Translations under genes and position numbers: made by a program | Notes under the pieces: model-generated | Told to the model about the DNA's origin: nothing | The model's database searches: none | What the model saw: the letters and a program-made list of their open reading frames with translations, nothing else | In this document: positions 36,001 to 49,000 of the stretch, one piece after another | How positions within the stretch are numbered: the first letter of the stretch is position 1 | How the letters are laid out: every line of letters begins with the position of its first letter | DNA from: Octopus sinensis | Lineage: Eukaryota | Direction: 5' to 3' | Length of the DNA stretch: 64,000 nucleotides | Assembly (NCBI RefSeq): GCF_006345805.1 | Contig: NC_043009.1 | Location: forward strand, 52,700,001-52,764,000

Positions 36001-39000
36001 CCATTAATGGCTTTCAGCAAATAACTTTCACTAGATGCAACACCAAAAACCATTTTAATTTACGAAGTGATTGGTTGAAATGGCTGATGCTTCTCTCATC
36101 ATTTCCTCAATAACCCAACAGATTAAAAATATTGAAAGAGAGAAAAGTAAAAGTTTTTACTGGTTCCAATTAGCTGTTAACAAGGGATATTACAGCCTTG
36201 CTTTTTGTTTTAACTTTAAACTTTCGAATGAGCCATATGCAGTTTAAAAAGAGAGAGAGATTTGTAGTTAACTTACCTGCAAAGCTGGAGCAGCAGAAAG
36301 GGCCTCAGTAAAACAAATCATACACATATCGTCAGCATCTTGTTTGAGCATCTGTTGATTGGGGGCAGGGCACCGGTTTAAGCAAGGCAGGCAGCTCTCT
36401 TCATTCTTTATCCCTCCACAGGTGTGACCACAGGGAAGGGTCTTTGTACAGGCATTGCGACCATGTTCCTACAACAGCAAAATAACACAACCTCTCATTT
36501 ACATTAATATTTACATTAACAGATAATCTGGCAGAATCGGTGAAGTATCAAACAAAAGGCTTAATAGTGTATCTTCTGGTTCTGTAGATTCAGAATTCAA
36601 ATTCTGTTGAGGTTGACTTTGCTTTCCATCCTTTTAGAGTCAATGCAATCGATTGACCCACTCACCAAAATTGCTGATCTTGTGCCAAAATTAGAATTAT
36701 TAACAGATGACCAAAATAGGTTCGACAAACAGCATGTTAGACTGAAGATCTAATATTCCTTCACCCAATTCTGGGTTTCAGCATATTCCTGAAGTTCTTT
36801 TCAAGAGCAATGGATTGGAAGAATCATTAGAACACCAAACAAAGTGTCCTATAGTATTCAGTTATATCACACTGTACATTTTGTCTCAAATTCCATTAAG
36901 GTCAACTTTGCTTTTCAAGCCTTTCAGGGTTGATAAAACAAAGTACACATCAAACACTAGGGCAGATAATACTGATTAAACCCTTCCTCAGAAAAATTAC
37001 TGGTCCCGTGAAACAATTGTTAAGCAGTGTTACAACCATTTAGACAACTCAAATTACCACAAGCCATTATCGTTATCATTATAATACATAAACATCATGA
37101 TTGTCACAACTATTTCAATCAGTAACATGCAAGCCTTTTAGGTAATTATTTTGGGTACTTTTAGTAGTTTAATCAGAAGATTAGAAGGGCAGCATTATGG
37201 AACTAATGGACAGTAAGAAAGAAGGCATCTCAAGCTAGAAACCTGGTCTTAATGCTTACAACAAACTAGACACTTCTAAAGGCATCTCAGGGTCAGGTAA
37301 TAGTGTTGAATTGGGGAACAGATTAAGACTGCCACCCATGAACCTCATGGTGACAATAACGGTTATGATGTGTGAACATCTCTGAATAGGAGAGCTGTTA
37401 GAAACCCAGCAAAATAATAGAAACTCCATCAAAAGGATGAGTGAAACTAGTATAAGGTCAATGACTCTCTAGTAATAGTGTGCCGGGACTGGTAGGCAAG
37501 CATGTCTGCTTACATATGTACATAGGTACATAGCTACATGCAAATACATGTGCACCTGCAGTCATTTAAATATACAAGCATATGAAAATAGAAATATCAA
37601 AAGAGAAAGAACTAATGAATAGAGAGAGATTTCAGAGAAAACTGTAATCACCTGGCATTCAGCATCTGAACAGACATTACCGATGGCAAGGAGGCCGTTA
37701 TTACTGGATGTTCCACAGAAACGACAAGTTCCAGAACCTGCAGGAGTGGCACCAACTTTTCCTGAAAAAAAAAGTGGAATGGATAGAGTAAAAACACAAA
37801 GTGATATGTGGTGTGTCTATAAGAAAAATGGTAACTGACAGCTGTCTTCACACACACACAAGCAAGGGAGAAGGTAACACCAACAACTAAAGAAGGGGGC
37901 TCTACTACTTGCTCACTCAACCAGCTAGTTAAAACAGCCAAATCTCTTCCCAGTCAGATTCTACCATCTCATAACAGAACTCACTGGATAAGGTTGTTTA
38001 AATTAGATAGAATCTCCACAATAGGGTGGAGTGAAAATAAAAAATTGTGGAAATTGAAAATACAACTACTACTACTCCTACTATAACCACGCCAAATTCC
38101 ATCATAACGATAAATGTTTCACACATGTATGAATAAATGAGAGAGAGCGAGATTTCTAAATGATATGTACCTTCTCGGAATTCAACCATGGCTTTTAAAG
38201 ATTTGGAATCAGCCAACAGCATCAGCCAAAACAGCTTCATTCTGCCACAGCCTTCATGCAGGTCAACCTTGATAGCCTCCTCTTCCTCTTTGAACACCTG
38301 TACATAATGAACAAAAAAGAAAAAAGATTGCAATCTTAAGTCTTGACACATTGTAAGTAATAAAGATGGATGGGGTGGGAGAATCAGCTGTGATACCCCT
38401 AACTTCCTCTCCATCGAAATCAAATCAAATTCACAAATTCGATGACTGGCACCCGTGCCAGTGGAGCACTAAGAGCACCATCGAAGCGTGATTGCTGCCA
38501 AAGCAGCTGACTGGCTTCCATGCCAGTGGCACATAAAGAGCACCATTCAAACGTGATCGTTACCAGTGTCGCCTTACTGGCACTTGTGCCAGTGGTATGT
38601 GAAAAACATTCAAGCAAGGTCATTGCCAGTGCCGCTGGACTGGCTCCTGTGCAGGTGGCATGTAAAAAACACCACTTGAGTGTGGCTGTTGCCAGTACTG
38701 CCTGACTGGCCCTCATGCCAGTGGCAAGTAAAAGCACCCATTAGACTTTTTTTTGTTGTTGCTAAGCAACAAGACGGGTAACAGTGATTAGGTGATGGTC
38801 TAGGGCTTAGGGGCAGGAGACCCCAGACCTTGGAAAAAAAACAAAAACTTTGGTTGTCTTGTTGTAGTCGAGGGCTCTTCGTTGACACCCGACACCACTG
38901 AGAGGTAGCCCTCAAAGTTGCTGGAAATGGAGATATCCAGGTCCAAATTCTTGAATGGCCCCATTACACTCTCAGAGTGGTTGGCGTTAGGAAGGGCATC

Positions 39001-42000
39001 CAGCTGTAGAAACTCTGCCAGATCAGATTGGAGCCTGGTGCAGCCATCTGGATTGCCAGTCCTCAGTCAAATCGTCCAACCCATGCTAGCATGGAAAGTG
39101 GATGTTAAACAATGATGATGATGATGATTGTTGCATAAAGTTATCACCATCATAAGTAGAATTGTGTTAACAATCATCATCATCATCAAACTTCTGTCAC
39201 TACAACCACTATCACATTTATCACAAATACATTACCAATATGATGAGATAGTCATGACTGGAATATTTTTTAATCAGAAGCTTGCCAAATCTTGTCTAAC
39301 TCCAGGTAAAAGCAACATATCCAACCTCCATGCATTTACACAGTTTGCTAGAAATAGTAGCCTAATCTTACTTAAATCACACCCTAACAGTTTAAGATAC
39401 ACTGAACATTGTTAACATACATATACAAAATGAAAGGGTGGTTACAACAGGAATGTCTTTCATCATAGCTCCAGTAAAACAGATTTAACCTTTCATCATC
39501 TGTCTGGTAAAACATGTCTTTCCTCTTCCTCTCAGTAAACTTATGCCCAAACCCCAGATCCAAAGTTAATCCTTATGCCTAGTCCTTTCTTTTCAGAATG
39601 CCAGCCCTTTGGAAATTCCTAACGACCTACATCTTTACTTGCAAGTTTCCAGAAAAACATTAAGAACATTGATCACAACTGTCTATGAAGGCCTGTGAAA
39701 ACTTTCGGCGTTGCTTTTTCCTCCAGACCCACCCCAAGTTTAAAAAATAATTAATAAATATAAAAAGAAAAAATACAGTTGGTGATTCCAGCATGGTGGC
39801 TGTATATGTTGTTTTTACCTGGAGTTAGACAAGATTTGGCAAACTTTTGATTCAAAAATATTCCAGTCATGACTCTCTCATCATAATGGTGATGTATTTG
39901 TGATAAATGTGATAGTGGTTATAGTGACAGAAGTTTGACCAATCAATGAAAGGAGATTTATCAGATCAATCAATCAATCAATCAGTTCTTTTCAATTCTG
40001 CCACAAGGCCAGCAATTACAAGGGGAAGGGTTAAGATAATTAAATCGACCCCAGTGCTCAACTGGTGCTTTATTTTTATCGACCCCCAAAAAGATGAAAG
40101 GTAAAGTAAATTTGGCAGAACTTGAACTTAGAATATAAAGACAGATGAAATGCTGTTTAGCATTTTGCCTGGCATGCTAATGGTTTTGCCGAGCTCATTG
40201 CCTTTCAACCAATCAATGAAAGGAGGTTTACCTGTCTCTGGTGAGCCCTCGTTCTTCGGTGGAGATGGAGAAAACGGTTACAATCGGCGCACAAGTTTCC
40301 ACACATATTACAAAGTATGATGGCAGGGGTCTCCCCATCATCATGGTTATCACAGGTAGGCTGAAACAGACAGAAGGTAGACATAATATATATAGACACA
40401 GATATTCACACGTCATCATTTTAATGTCGACTTTTCTACACTTGCATGGGTCAGGCGGAATCTGTCGAGACAAATTTTTTACAAGATGCTCTTCATGCAG
40501 TCATGTGTGTGTATATATGTGTGTGGTGTGTGAGTATGTATATAGGTATGTGTGTGTGTGTGTGTAGTTGTGGCCAAAAGTTTGGAACATTTTTTGAAAA
40601 TCAAAATTGTTATACCCAAATAGAATTCTATTCAAGTATATGCAACACAGAGATATACTTACCTAATAATTGATCCGATGATTCAATTCTAGTTCTCAGA
40701 CCTATGTTCTAAACTTTTGACCATGACAGTATGTATGTACTCTCTTTACTCTTTTACTTATTTCAGTCATGTGACTGTGGCCATGCTGGAGCACCGCCTT
40801 TAGTCAAGCAAATCGACCCCAGGACTTATTCTTTGTAAGCCTAGTACTTATTTTATCGGTCTCTTTTTGCCAAACCGCTAAGTAACGGGGACGTAAACAC
40901 ACCAGCATCAGTTGTCAAGCGATGTTGGGGGGGACACAGACACGCAAACACATATATATACATATATACGACGGGCTTCTTTCAGTTTCCGTCTACCAAA
41001 TCCACTCACAAGGCTTTGGTCGGCCCGAGGCTATAGTAGAAGACACTTACCCAAGGTGCCACGCAGTGGGACTGAACCCGGAATCATGTGGTTCGTAAGC
41101 AAGCTACTTACCACACAGCCACTCCTACGCCTATGGTAAATATATACAGAAAATTACAAATACATACACACACACACACATTATCCTCTTTCTTCCATTT
41201 CTTTCATGTTGGCATCATTTGCTCCAGTATAGTATCTCACTTCTTGCAGACCTTTATCTCTTTGGTCAAGCTGAGCATCCTAAGATCAACCTTCGCTACT
41301 TCTTCCTCTATCTCCCTCATCTGTAGGCTCCTTCCAGTTAGTTCATCAGGCTCTTTCTCACTCAACTGTAATCCTTCAGGCAACATCACACATCTGTACC
41401 AACGCAGTCTTCTCTCTTGTACACTACAACTGATTTCTCTGATACCTACCTGTCTACCTTCCTCTCTCTCTCTCCTTCTCTCAGTTCCTTTTCACTGTTG
41501 TGCATGTATGTTGAAATTATGCATCTAATACAGCAAAAACACATAGACATATACATGCACACACATGTACAAGAGTGTATGCATTTATACTTATATAAAC
41601 ATTTCCCTTTCAAATACTCCCTTAGCTGAGTCGGTGGGAGCTGTTTCCTATTCTTGTTCTTTTCTTCTCCTGCAAGTTACCAAGTGGCTTCACCAGTGGT
41701 GGTGGCACACTGCAAAGTGGTTGGCACTAGGAAGAGCATCCAGCTGTAGAAATTACGCCAAAGCTGACATTGGAACTCAGTGCAGCCATGCAGCTCGCTG
41801 GATACTGTCAAATCGTCCAACCCATGCCAGCAGGGAAAAAACGGACATTCAACAATAATACTGCTGATGATATATGCATACATACAAAAGAAATGAATGA
41901 AACAAAAAAAGCAAAGAAAACAAGACGAGCCACATATACTTACACGGGGTGGGCCACGTTGATTATCAGGACTGCTGCGCCATTCTCCAGATGACAAACG

Positions 42001-43021
42001 TTCAACATGGTCTTGGTCAAGGACACACAGAGATGCTAAGGCTAACCATAGCTGTGGAGAGAAAGAGAAGAGAAACTTGCTTAAGCTATCAGGAAATAAA
42101 GAGGGTTAGCTTTGATGTTGATGTCTTATGATTTTCAAAGATTTATCACTCATTTCCATTAAACCTTTCGTTACTGTATTTATTTTGAGATGCTCTGTGT
42201 TTCTTTCAATTACTTTAAATATAACAAAGAATTTAGTAAAATAACTTAGTTATCATTCAGCTAGTGTTAGGAACATAAATTGTGACAAAGGTTTGATGGA
42301 AGATTTTAATTCAAAACTTATAAAAAACAAGACATTTGTACTCAGAGCCAGAGCCGGTTTCAGCCTGGTTGGTAACGAAAGGGTTAAAGGTTTAACATTT
42401 ATAAATAACTAAGTGGCAAACTGCTTACCACCAGCTTAAAGTTAATTACTCTGTGGAATCATACTTAATTGCTTGAATAACACTTTGATGCATTACATAA
42501 TAAACAGAATCTTTATATAATGTTATAAATCTGATAGAGAGAGAGATAAATAAGGAGACGGAAATACGGAATATGAAAATATGGCTACTTACTGTAGGAG
42601 TTTTCATACAGGCCTGTGGAAGCCGCAATGACTCATCAAGTTTTGTCAAAGATAACAAGGCCTCGGCTATAGCTGCTTTGCTGACCATTGCCCATGCCTC
42701 CGACAAATGACCCTGGCAAATATAGCAATACACAACCGCATGTATAAATACGTGTAGAAGTGTGTATCATATACACATACATGAATTTAAAAATACAGGA
42801 GGAATGAACTATTCTGTATAATTTCTTTTCCATTTTTACTTGTTTCAGTCACTGTCTTTGGCCATGCTGGAGTACCACTTCAAAGGATTCAGTTAATCAA
42901 ATCAAAACCAGTATTTATTCTCAAGTTCGGGACTTATTCTATTGGTCACTCTTCGTTGATCTACTAAGATGCAAGGATGTAAACAAACCAGCACCAGTTA
43001 TCAAGCAGAGACAAGTTCAAA

Positions 43022-43054
<33 letters not shown>

Positions 43055-46000
43055 CTCTCATGTTGTTTCCATTCATGAATTTCCTTGATAGGGCATTAGT
43101 TGGCATGGGGCTATAGTAGAAGACCTCACTAAAGATGCAGCATAGTAGGATTGAACTTGAAACCATGTTGTTGAGAAGCAAACTTCTTAACCACACAACC
43201 ATGCCAGTGCCTATTCTTAACCACCCAACCCCATGCCTGCACTATTACAAACAAAATCAAGGAAAGAGTGTTGACACATTATTTGTATTTTGATATCAAA
43301 ACGGCACAGAACTCATATTTTAGGTGTTATTGTTGTCACTATTGAAAGGGCCCAAATAGCTTAGTTAATACAGTAAACCAGTGGGAGAGCGTCTAGAGCA
43401 GGGTGGGCAAACTACGGCCCGCGGGCCGCCATAGGTTTTCATGCGGCCCGTCAAGAGGAATATTTCACAAAATTTCCTTTCAATCAATTGTGTGTTTATA
43501 GGTCTATAACCACCTTTAAAAATATTTTCACTTGATTTTTATAAATGAGGCCCGCCAAGGTTCCAAAGACGCACTGTGCGGCCCGCGATCAAAAAAGTTC
43601 GCCCACCCCTGGTCTAGAGTGTCACTCAGCCTGCTAGAAATAGCAGCTAAATCTCTATCAAACATTCTTCTGTCTTAAAGGAGGGACAAGGTACACATTA
43701 GATAATATAGTCCCAGACCTTAGATACATTGTGTTAAGAAGAAAACAAGTTATGGATAGTCATGGCTGGAATGCCTTACATCAGGAAAGGTTTGCTCAAT
43801 TAGGGATGATTTGAGGCTAACGAACAATAACATGACAAAGTATTGTCAACAACACAAAGAGCAGGTTACCTTGGCCATGTCTTGTAGCAGAGCAATAATG
43901 TTACCAGCTTGGCACATTGTCATGTGACCTCTCAGCCACCATCTTGGACCTGTGGCTCTGGAAAAGAAAATATATTAATCATTATTATTATTATTATATA
44001 TATATATAAGATAGAAAGTTTACATGTCAATTTAGTAAAACCCCAGTGAACCGCAATATAATTAACTCAATCTGAATTTAATCATAAAAGAATCATAATT
44101 AAATTAGATTTATTATCATTATCATAATTATTGAGTTGCTTGCTCTTAACAATCACTACTACTTATATTACCTTAACAAAACCCAAACTACAACACATGC
44201 TCTCACCACTACTCCCTCAACAACCACCAATGTCCCACAATACATGCCACCACCACTACCAAACTCTTAGAGTAGACACCACCACACTCCAATAACATAT
44301 ACCACCACCCATAAAACACCACAAAGATCGCCAATACTCAATGTACAGCATTACTACACTAACACCACTAACACACCACTGTCATACTACCACCACAAGC
44401 ATACACCACCATGCCAGATCAGATCCCAACAATACCCCTCCAACATACTTCCACCACCACAACCAGCACAGTAACACACATCACCACCACCACAACTACC
44501 ACACAACCATCACAGTAACACACATCACTACTACCACACAGCCATTACATTAACACACATCACTACCACCACCACCACACTCCCAACACAATATACACTC
44601 CACCACCACCATCACACCGTCACCACCACAGCTACAACATACCTGCTAGATGTGTGCTCAGCCAGACACTCTGCTAAGGTAACGGTGGTGATGCCTTTCT
44701 GGAACTGGTTACTTTTGACTTTGGTCTGGACAGCCAGTGCTTTACTGATGCAGGCCAAAAATACATCCAGGATACAAGGCTTCTCAGAATCAAACTCTTC
44801 TTCGACAGACGGCTTGTTCGTCGAGTGCATAATGTTGAAGTCTGTGGGTGGTAGATTTGGCACGAGAAGTAAGTCGGCCAAAGCTTGGGGATGGACATCG
44901 GGAAGTACTCTTCTGATGACTGATGTCACCTGAAAAAAACAAATTGAAGAACAGATGGTGAATATCTGCAGTTTAGATTTTGTCGAGGTCGACTTTATCT
45001 TTCATCGTTTTGGGGTTGATAAATTAAGTACCAGTCAAGTATTGGAGTTGATGTAATCGACCAGACCCCTCCCCCAAAATTTCAAACTTTGTGCCTATAG
45101 TAGAATGGATTATTATTATTATTATCATTAAGGCCTTGTACCTATAAAAGAAGGGATTATTAAGACAGTGAGCTGGAAGAATCCTTAGCAACATCAGACA
45201 AAATTCTTAGTAGCATTTCTTCTGGCCCTTTATGTCTTGTACTTCAAATTATGCCAAGGCCAGCTTTGCCTTTCATCTTTTCAGGGTCAATAAAATAAGT
45301 ACGAGCTAAGTACTGGGATTGATGTAATAAACAAACTCTCTCCCCTAAAATTTGCTGGCCTTGTGCCAAAATTCCAAACCATTCTTATTACTATCATGAA
45401 ACCCTGGTCCACACATGCATTGCTTTTTGTAGCAATAAAAAAACAATTATTGTAATTATAGAGGGTTATGGTGAACAGAATTTTATAGAATAGTTCCTTA
45501 TCATCATCATCATTATTTATATCCCTTTTCCATGCTGACATAGGTTGGAGTTTGACAGGAGATGGCAAATCAGCTCTACTGTCAGTGGATAACAGAATTG
45601 ACAAAATGGTCCCTTATAGTATTCAGCCATCTCTCTTTCTATTCTCAATTCAAATTCCCTTGTAGTTGATTGAATCTCCAGCTTCTGATTGCAATACATT
45701 GTGTACTTGTCGATAACATCTGTTAATTCCCCTCCTGGGGTGGCACCCTTCCTTTCACTTTATTTTGTCTTGTAGATATTTTGGTGTGGTAATTTGTTTC
45801 ATATGAAGAAAACCTTGACTGAAGATAACATCAACCCTTTAAACACATTGGATAATGCAGGTATTATATAACACACTGAATACTAGACAGGAATGGTCAT
45901 GGATGGAATGCTTTTGACCATATTTCTACTCAATCGTGTTGGAGTTGGAACTAACCAACAATATCAAAGACAATAGCAAATTAATGTAAACGAGCCAATG

Positions 46001-49000
46001 TTGGAGTATCTTCATAACCACTAGACTAGCTAGAAACAATAACCAATGTAGTCACAGAGAACTCACTAAATAGATGGTATGGCCATGTTTGGATTAACTT
46101 TAACCACAGGCCTACTTCAATCAGATTTAATTTGTGGTTAAACAACAGCAACAATAAAAAAAATACTTTTAAACAAAATGAAATAAAACAAGAAATAAAT
46201 ATTGGCTTGTCATATAAATTCATTTCTTTTCCATTTATTTTAAACATTTCCAAAGTTATTTGAATTAATATAAAAATTAATTTTTATCATAGTGTTTTAC
46301 GGGTTTTTTGTAGCTCTTCTTTTACAAGTTTTGTTTTTATCATTTTTTAAGTTTGAATGAGCTTTACCACTTTCCAGACGTATGTAAATGGAGTGCCAAG
46401 TAGAAAAATAAAAGAAACAAATTTATCTCACAACCCATGTAAAACAGAAAAAAAGCTATTTAGTTAGTCAGAAGAAATAGAAAAAAAAAATAAAGTGGAA
46501 GGAAAAAAGAAAAAGAAAGACAAAATGGAAAAGAACGTCCGTTCAAATGATCTTACTTGTCTTTGAACACGCGGAGATGCTGTATGGAGGAGGCTGAATA
46601 AGTCTTGAAGTAGTCCTGTTTGTTGAGCCAAATAATTCCTGCCAACTGAGGAACCACTCAATGCTAGAACCATGGAGAGCAGTTCGAAGCAGTAAACATC
46701 AGATGAAGACCTATAGACACACAGACAGACAGACAAAATAAGTAACCATAACTGATTACAAAGTTTTCATTCTTTTTCAATCCCTTTGCTGTATCCACCA
46801 CACAAGAGCATTTAATTCTGTTTATTTTGATAATTAATGTAATTTTTTTTTTTTTTTTACTATTTTACATTAATTTATCCATTCTAGCATTCATCAGATG
46901 GTTCATAGGTTAGAATAATTGCTTTAACACCCGGATGGTGATTACCCCTTCCTATCACAAACTATTCGAAAACCAGTCACTGGACTTACACGAATTAAGT
47001 CCCATTAATGAACTTGCAGCCTGAAATACTTTCGTTTTGAAATCTTCCCACAGATTATTGATATCAAGATTGATACTTTCTATAGCATCATGGAATCTTT
47101 GCAAGTTGTTTGGTAATTTGAAGTTTGAAGCATTTAACTTTTTGGGTACCTTAGGACCAGACTATTGACTTTTAGGCATTATTGAAAAATTCTTTTTTCC
47201 AGTCCTGCTCTCTGCTCCTCTCATGGCCCAAACACTAGAAACATCTTTCATATCACGCTTTCTGATCAAAATATAATTTATGAGATGCCAGTCCTTAGAT
47301 CATGGATCCAGGTGGTTTTACATTTATTTTTCTGCTTAAACAGTGTTGGTAACAACCAGATTATTCTCAGTACAAAACGTCAAAAGAGCCACTCCATTTT
47401 TATTATATTTTCAAATCACATGTCGGCCTGAAACAGGCCATGAAATGTAGTCATTTCCAACTCTTGCGTTGAGATCTCCCAATATGACCAACTTGTCAGA
47501 AATTGGTACTTTCCTCAATAATTGTACTAAATTATCATGAAACTGTAGGACAGTTTCATCAGAATGAGACATTGTTGGTGCATAAATACTGGCAACAGGA
47601 AGAAACCTACCTTTTGTCAATTTTATACGGCATGATATGGTTCGTTCAGATATGCCACTTGGAAATTTTGCAATGGAGGATACTAATGAATTCTTGAGAG
47701 CAAACCAAACTCCAGAAGGTAGTATATCCATAAATAGGTTCATTTATTTGACCCTCACCAGAGACATGAGTTTCAGAGAGCACAACAATATGAAGGGAAT
47801 ACTTTTAAAAGCTCACATGCAATAAGGGCAGTATGCCTTTCTGGCCTCTTGTTGAAATTATCATCTAGAAGTGTACGCATATTCCAACAGCCAAAATTCA
47901 GAGGATATATACATACACAAACATACATATAAAAGCCATTCCGTTATGAAACAGTTTAAGACATGTGCAAAACTAACACTGATGGAAAAATGTCCTACAG
48001 GACTTAAAAAGGAAGGTAGAGAGATAGAAAATATGTATGTATATTCAAACACACAGATGTGTGTGTGTGTGTATAAAATATTATAGTCGGCACTAAATTT
48101 CTGCAAGGAATCATTCTAGAAATATTACCAACCAAGATTTTGAATGATAAACTGTGAGACTGATCTACTGATCAGTCAGTTCCCACTAAACATCCAACTC
48201 ACCTGCTTCCATCTATAGATGTAGATGATCGATTTAACAAACTGGCTTCCCACTCATCTCTCACACGTCGGGTCTCTTTCTTGATAGCCTGTACAATATG
48301 GGAGCATACCTGGAAAGCAACACAGACAGAGGTTAGATTTCTATGTTTAAATCACATCATATAGGTTTCTCGATTAAAGGGAACAGGGTAGGCAATCAAT
48401 AAGTATACTTCTCTTTCAGCCACTTGTGCTGCGCTGTGTGGGGCCCTGACTATCCATTCTTGATAGGCAACTGATACATGGTGTTTGTAGTGGTGTAGTA
48501 GCTATAGATATTAGAAGACATTCAATGGCACCCCCTATATATATATATATATGTAAGAGAACCAGCCGAACGTGGCCGTTGCCAGCGCCGCCCCGACTGG
48601 CCTCCGTGCCAGTGGCACGTAGAATGCACCATCTGATCGTGGCCGTTGCCAGCCTCGTCTGGCCTCCGTGCCAGTGGCACGTAAAAAGCAACATCCGATC
48701 GTGGCCGTTTGCCAGCCTCATCTGGCACCTGTGCCGGTGGCACGTAAAAAGCACCCACTACACTCATGGAGTAGTTGGCATTAGGAAGGGCATCCAGCTG
48801 TAGAAACACTGCCAGATCAGACTGGGCCTGGTGCAGCCTTCTGGCCTCCCAGACCCCAGTTGAACCGTCCAACCCATGCTAGCATGGAAGGCGGACATTA
48901 AACGATGATGATGATGATGCATGTATGTACAAGGTGCTGAAAAGTTCCTGGCTCTGGCTAAATGAAAATATAGGAGGATCACTTAATTATGCTTTTATTC

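Noticed and set aside
46099-46142. 10-bp inverted repeat tttaaccaca / tgtggttaaa
   Set aside because: Short and AT-rich; expected by chance or from MITE decay.
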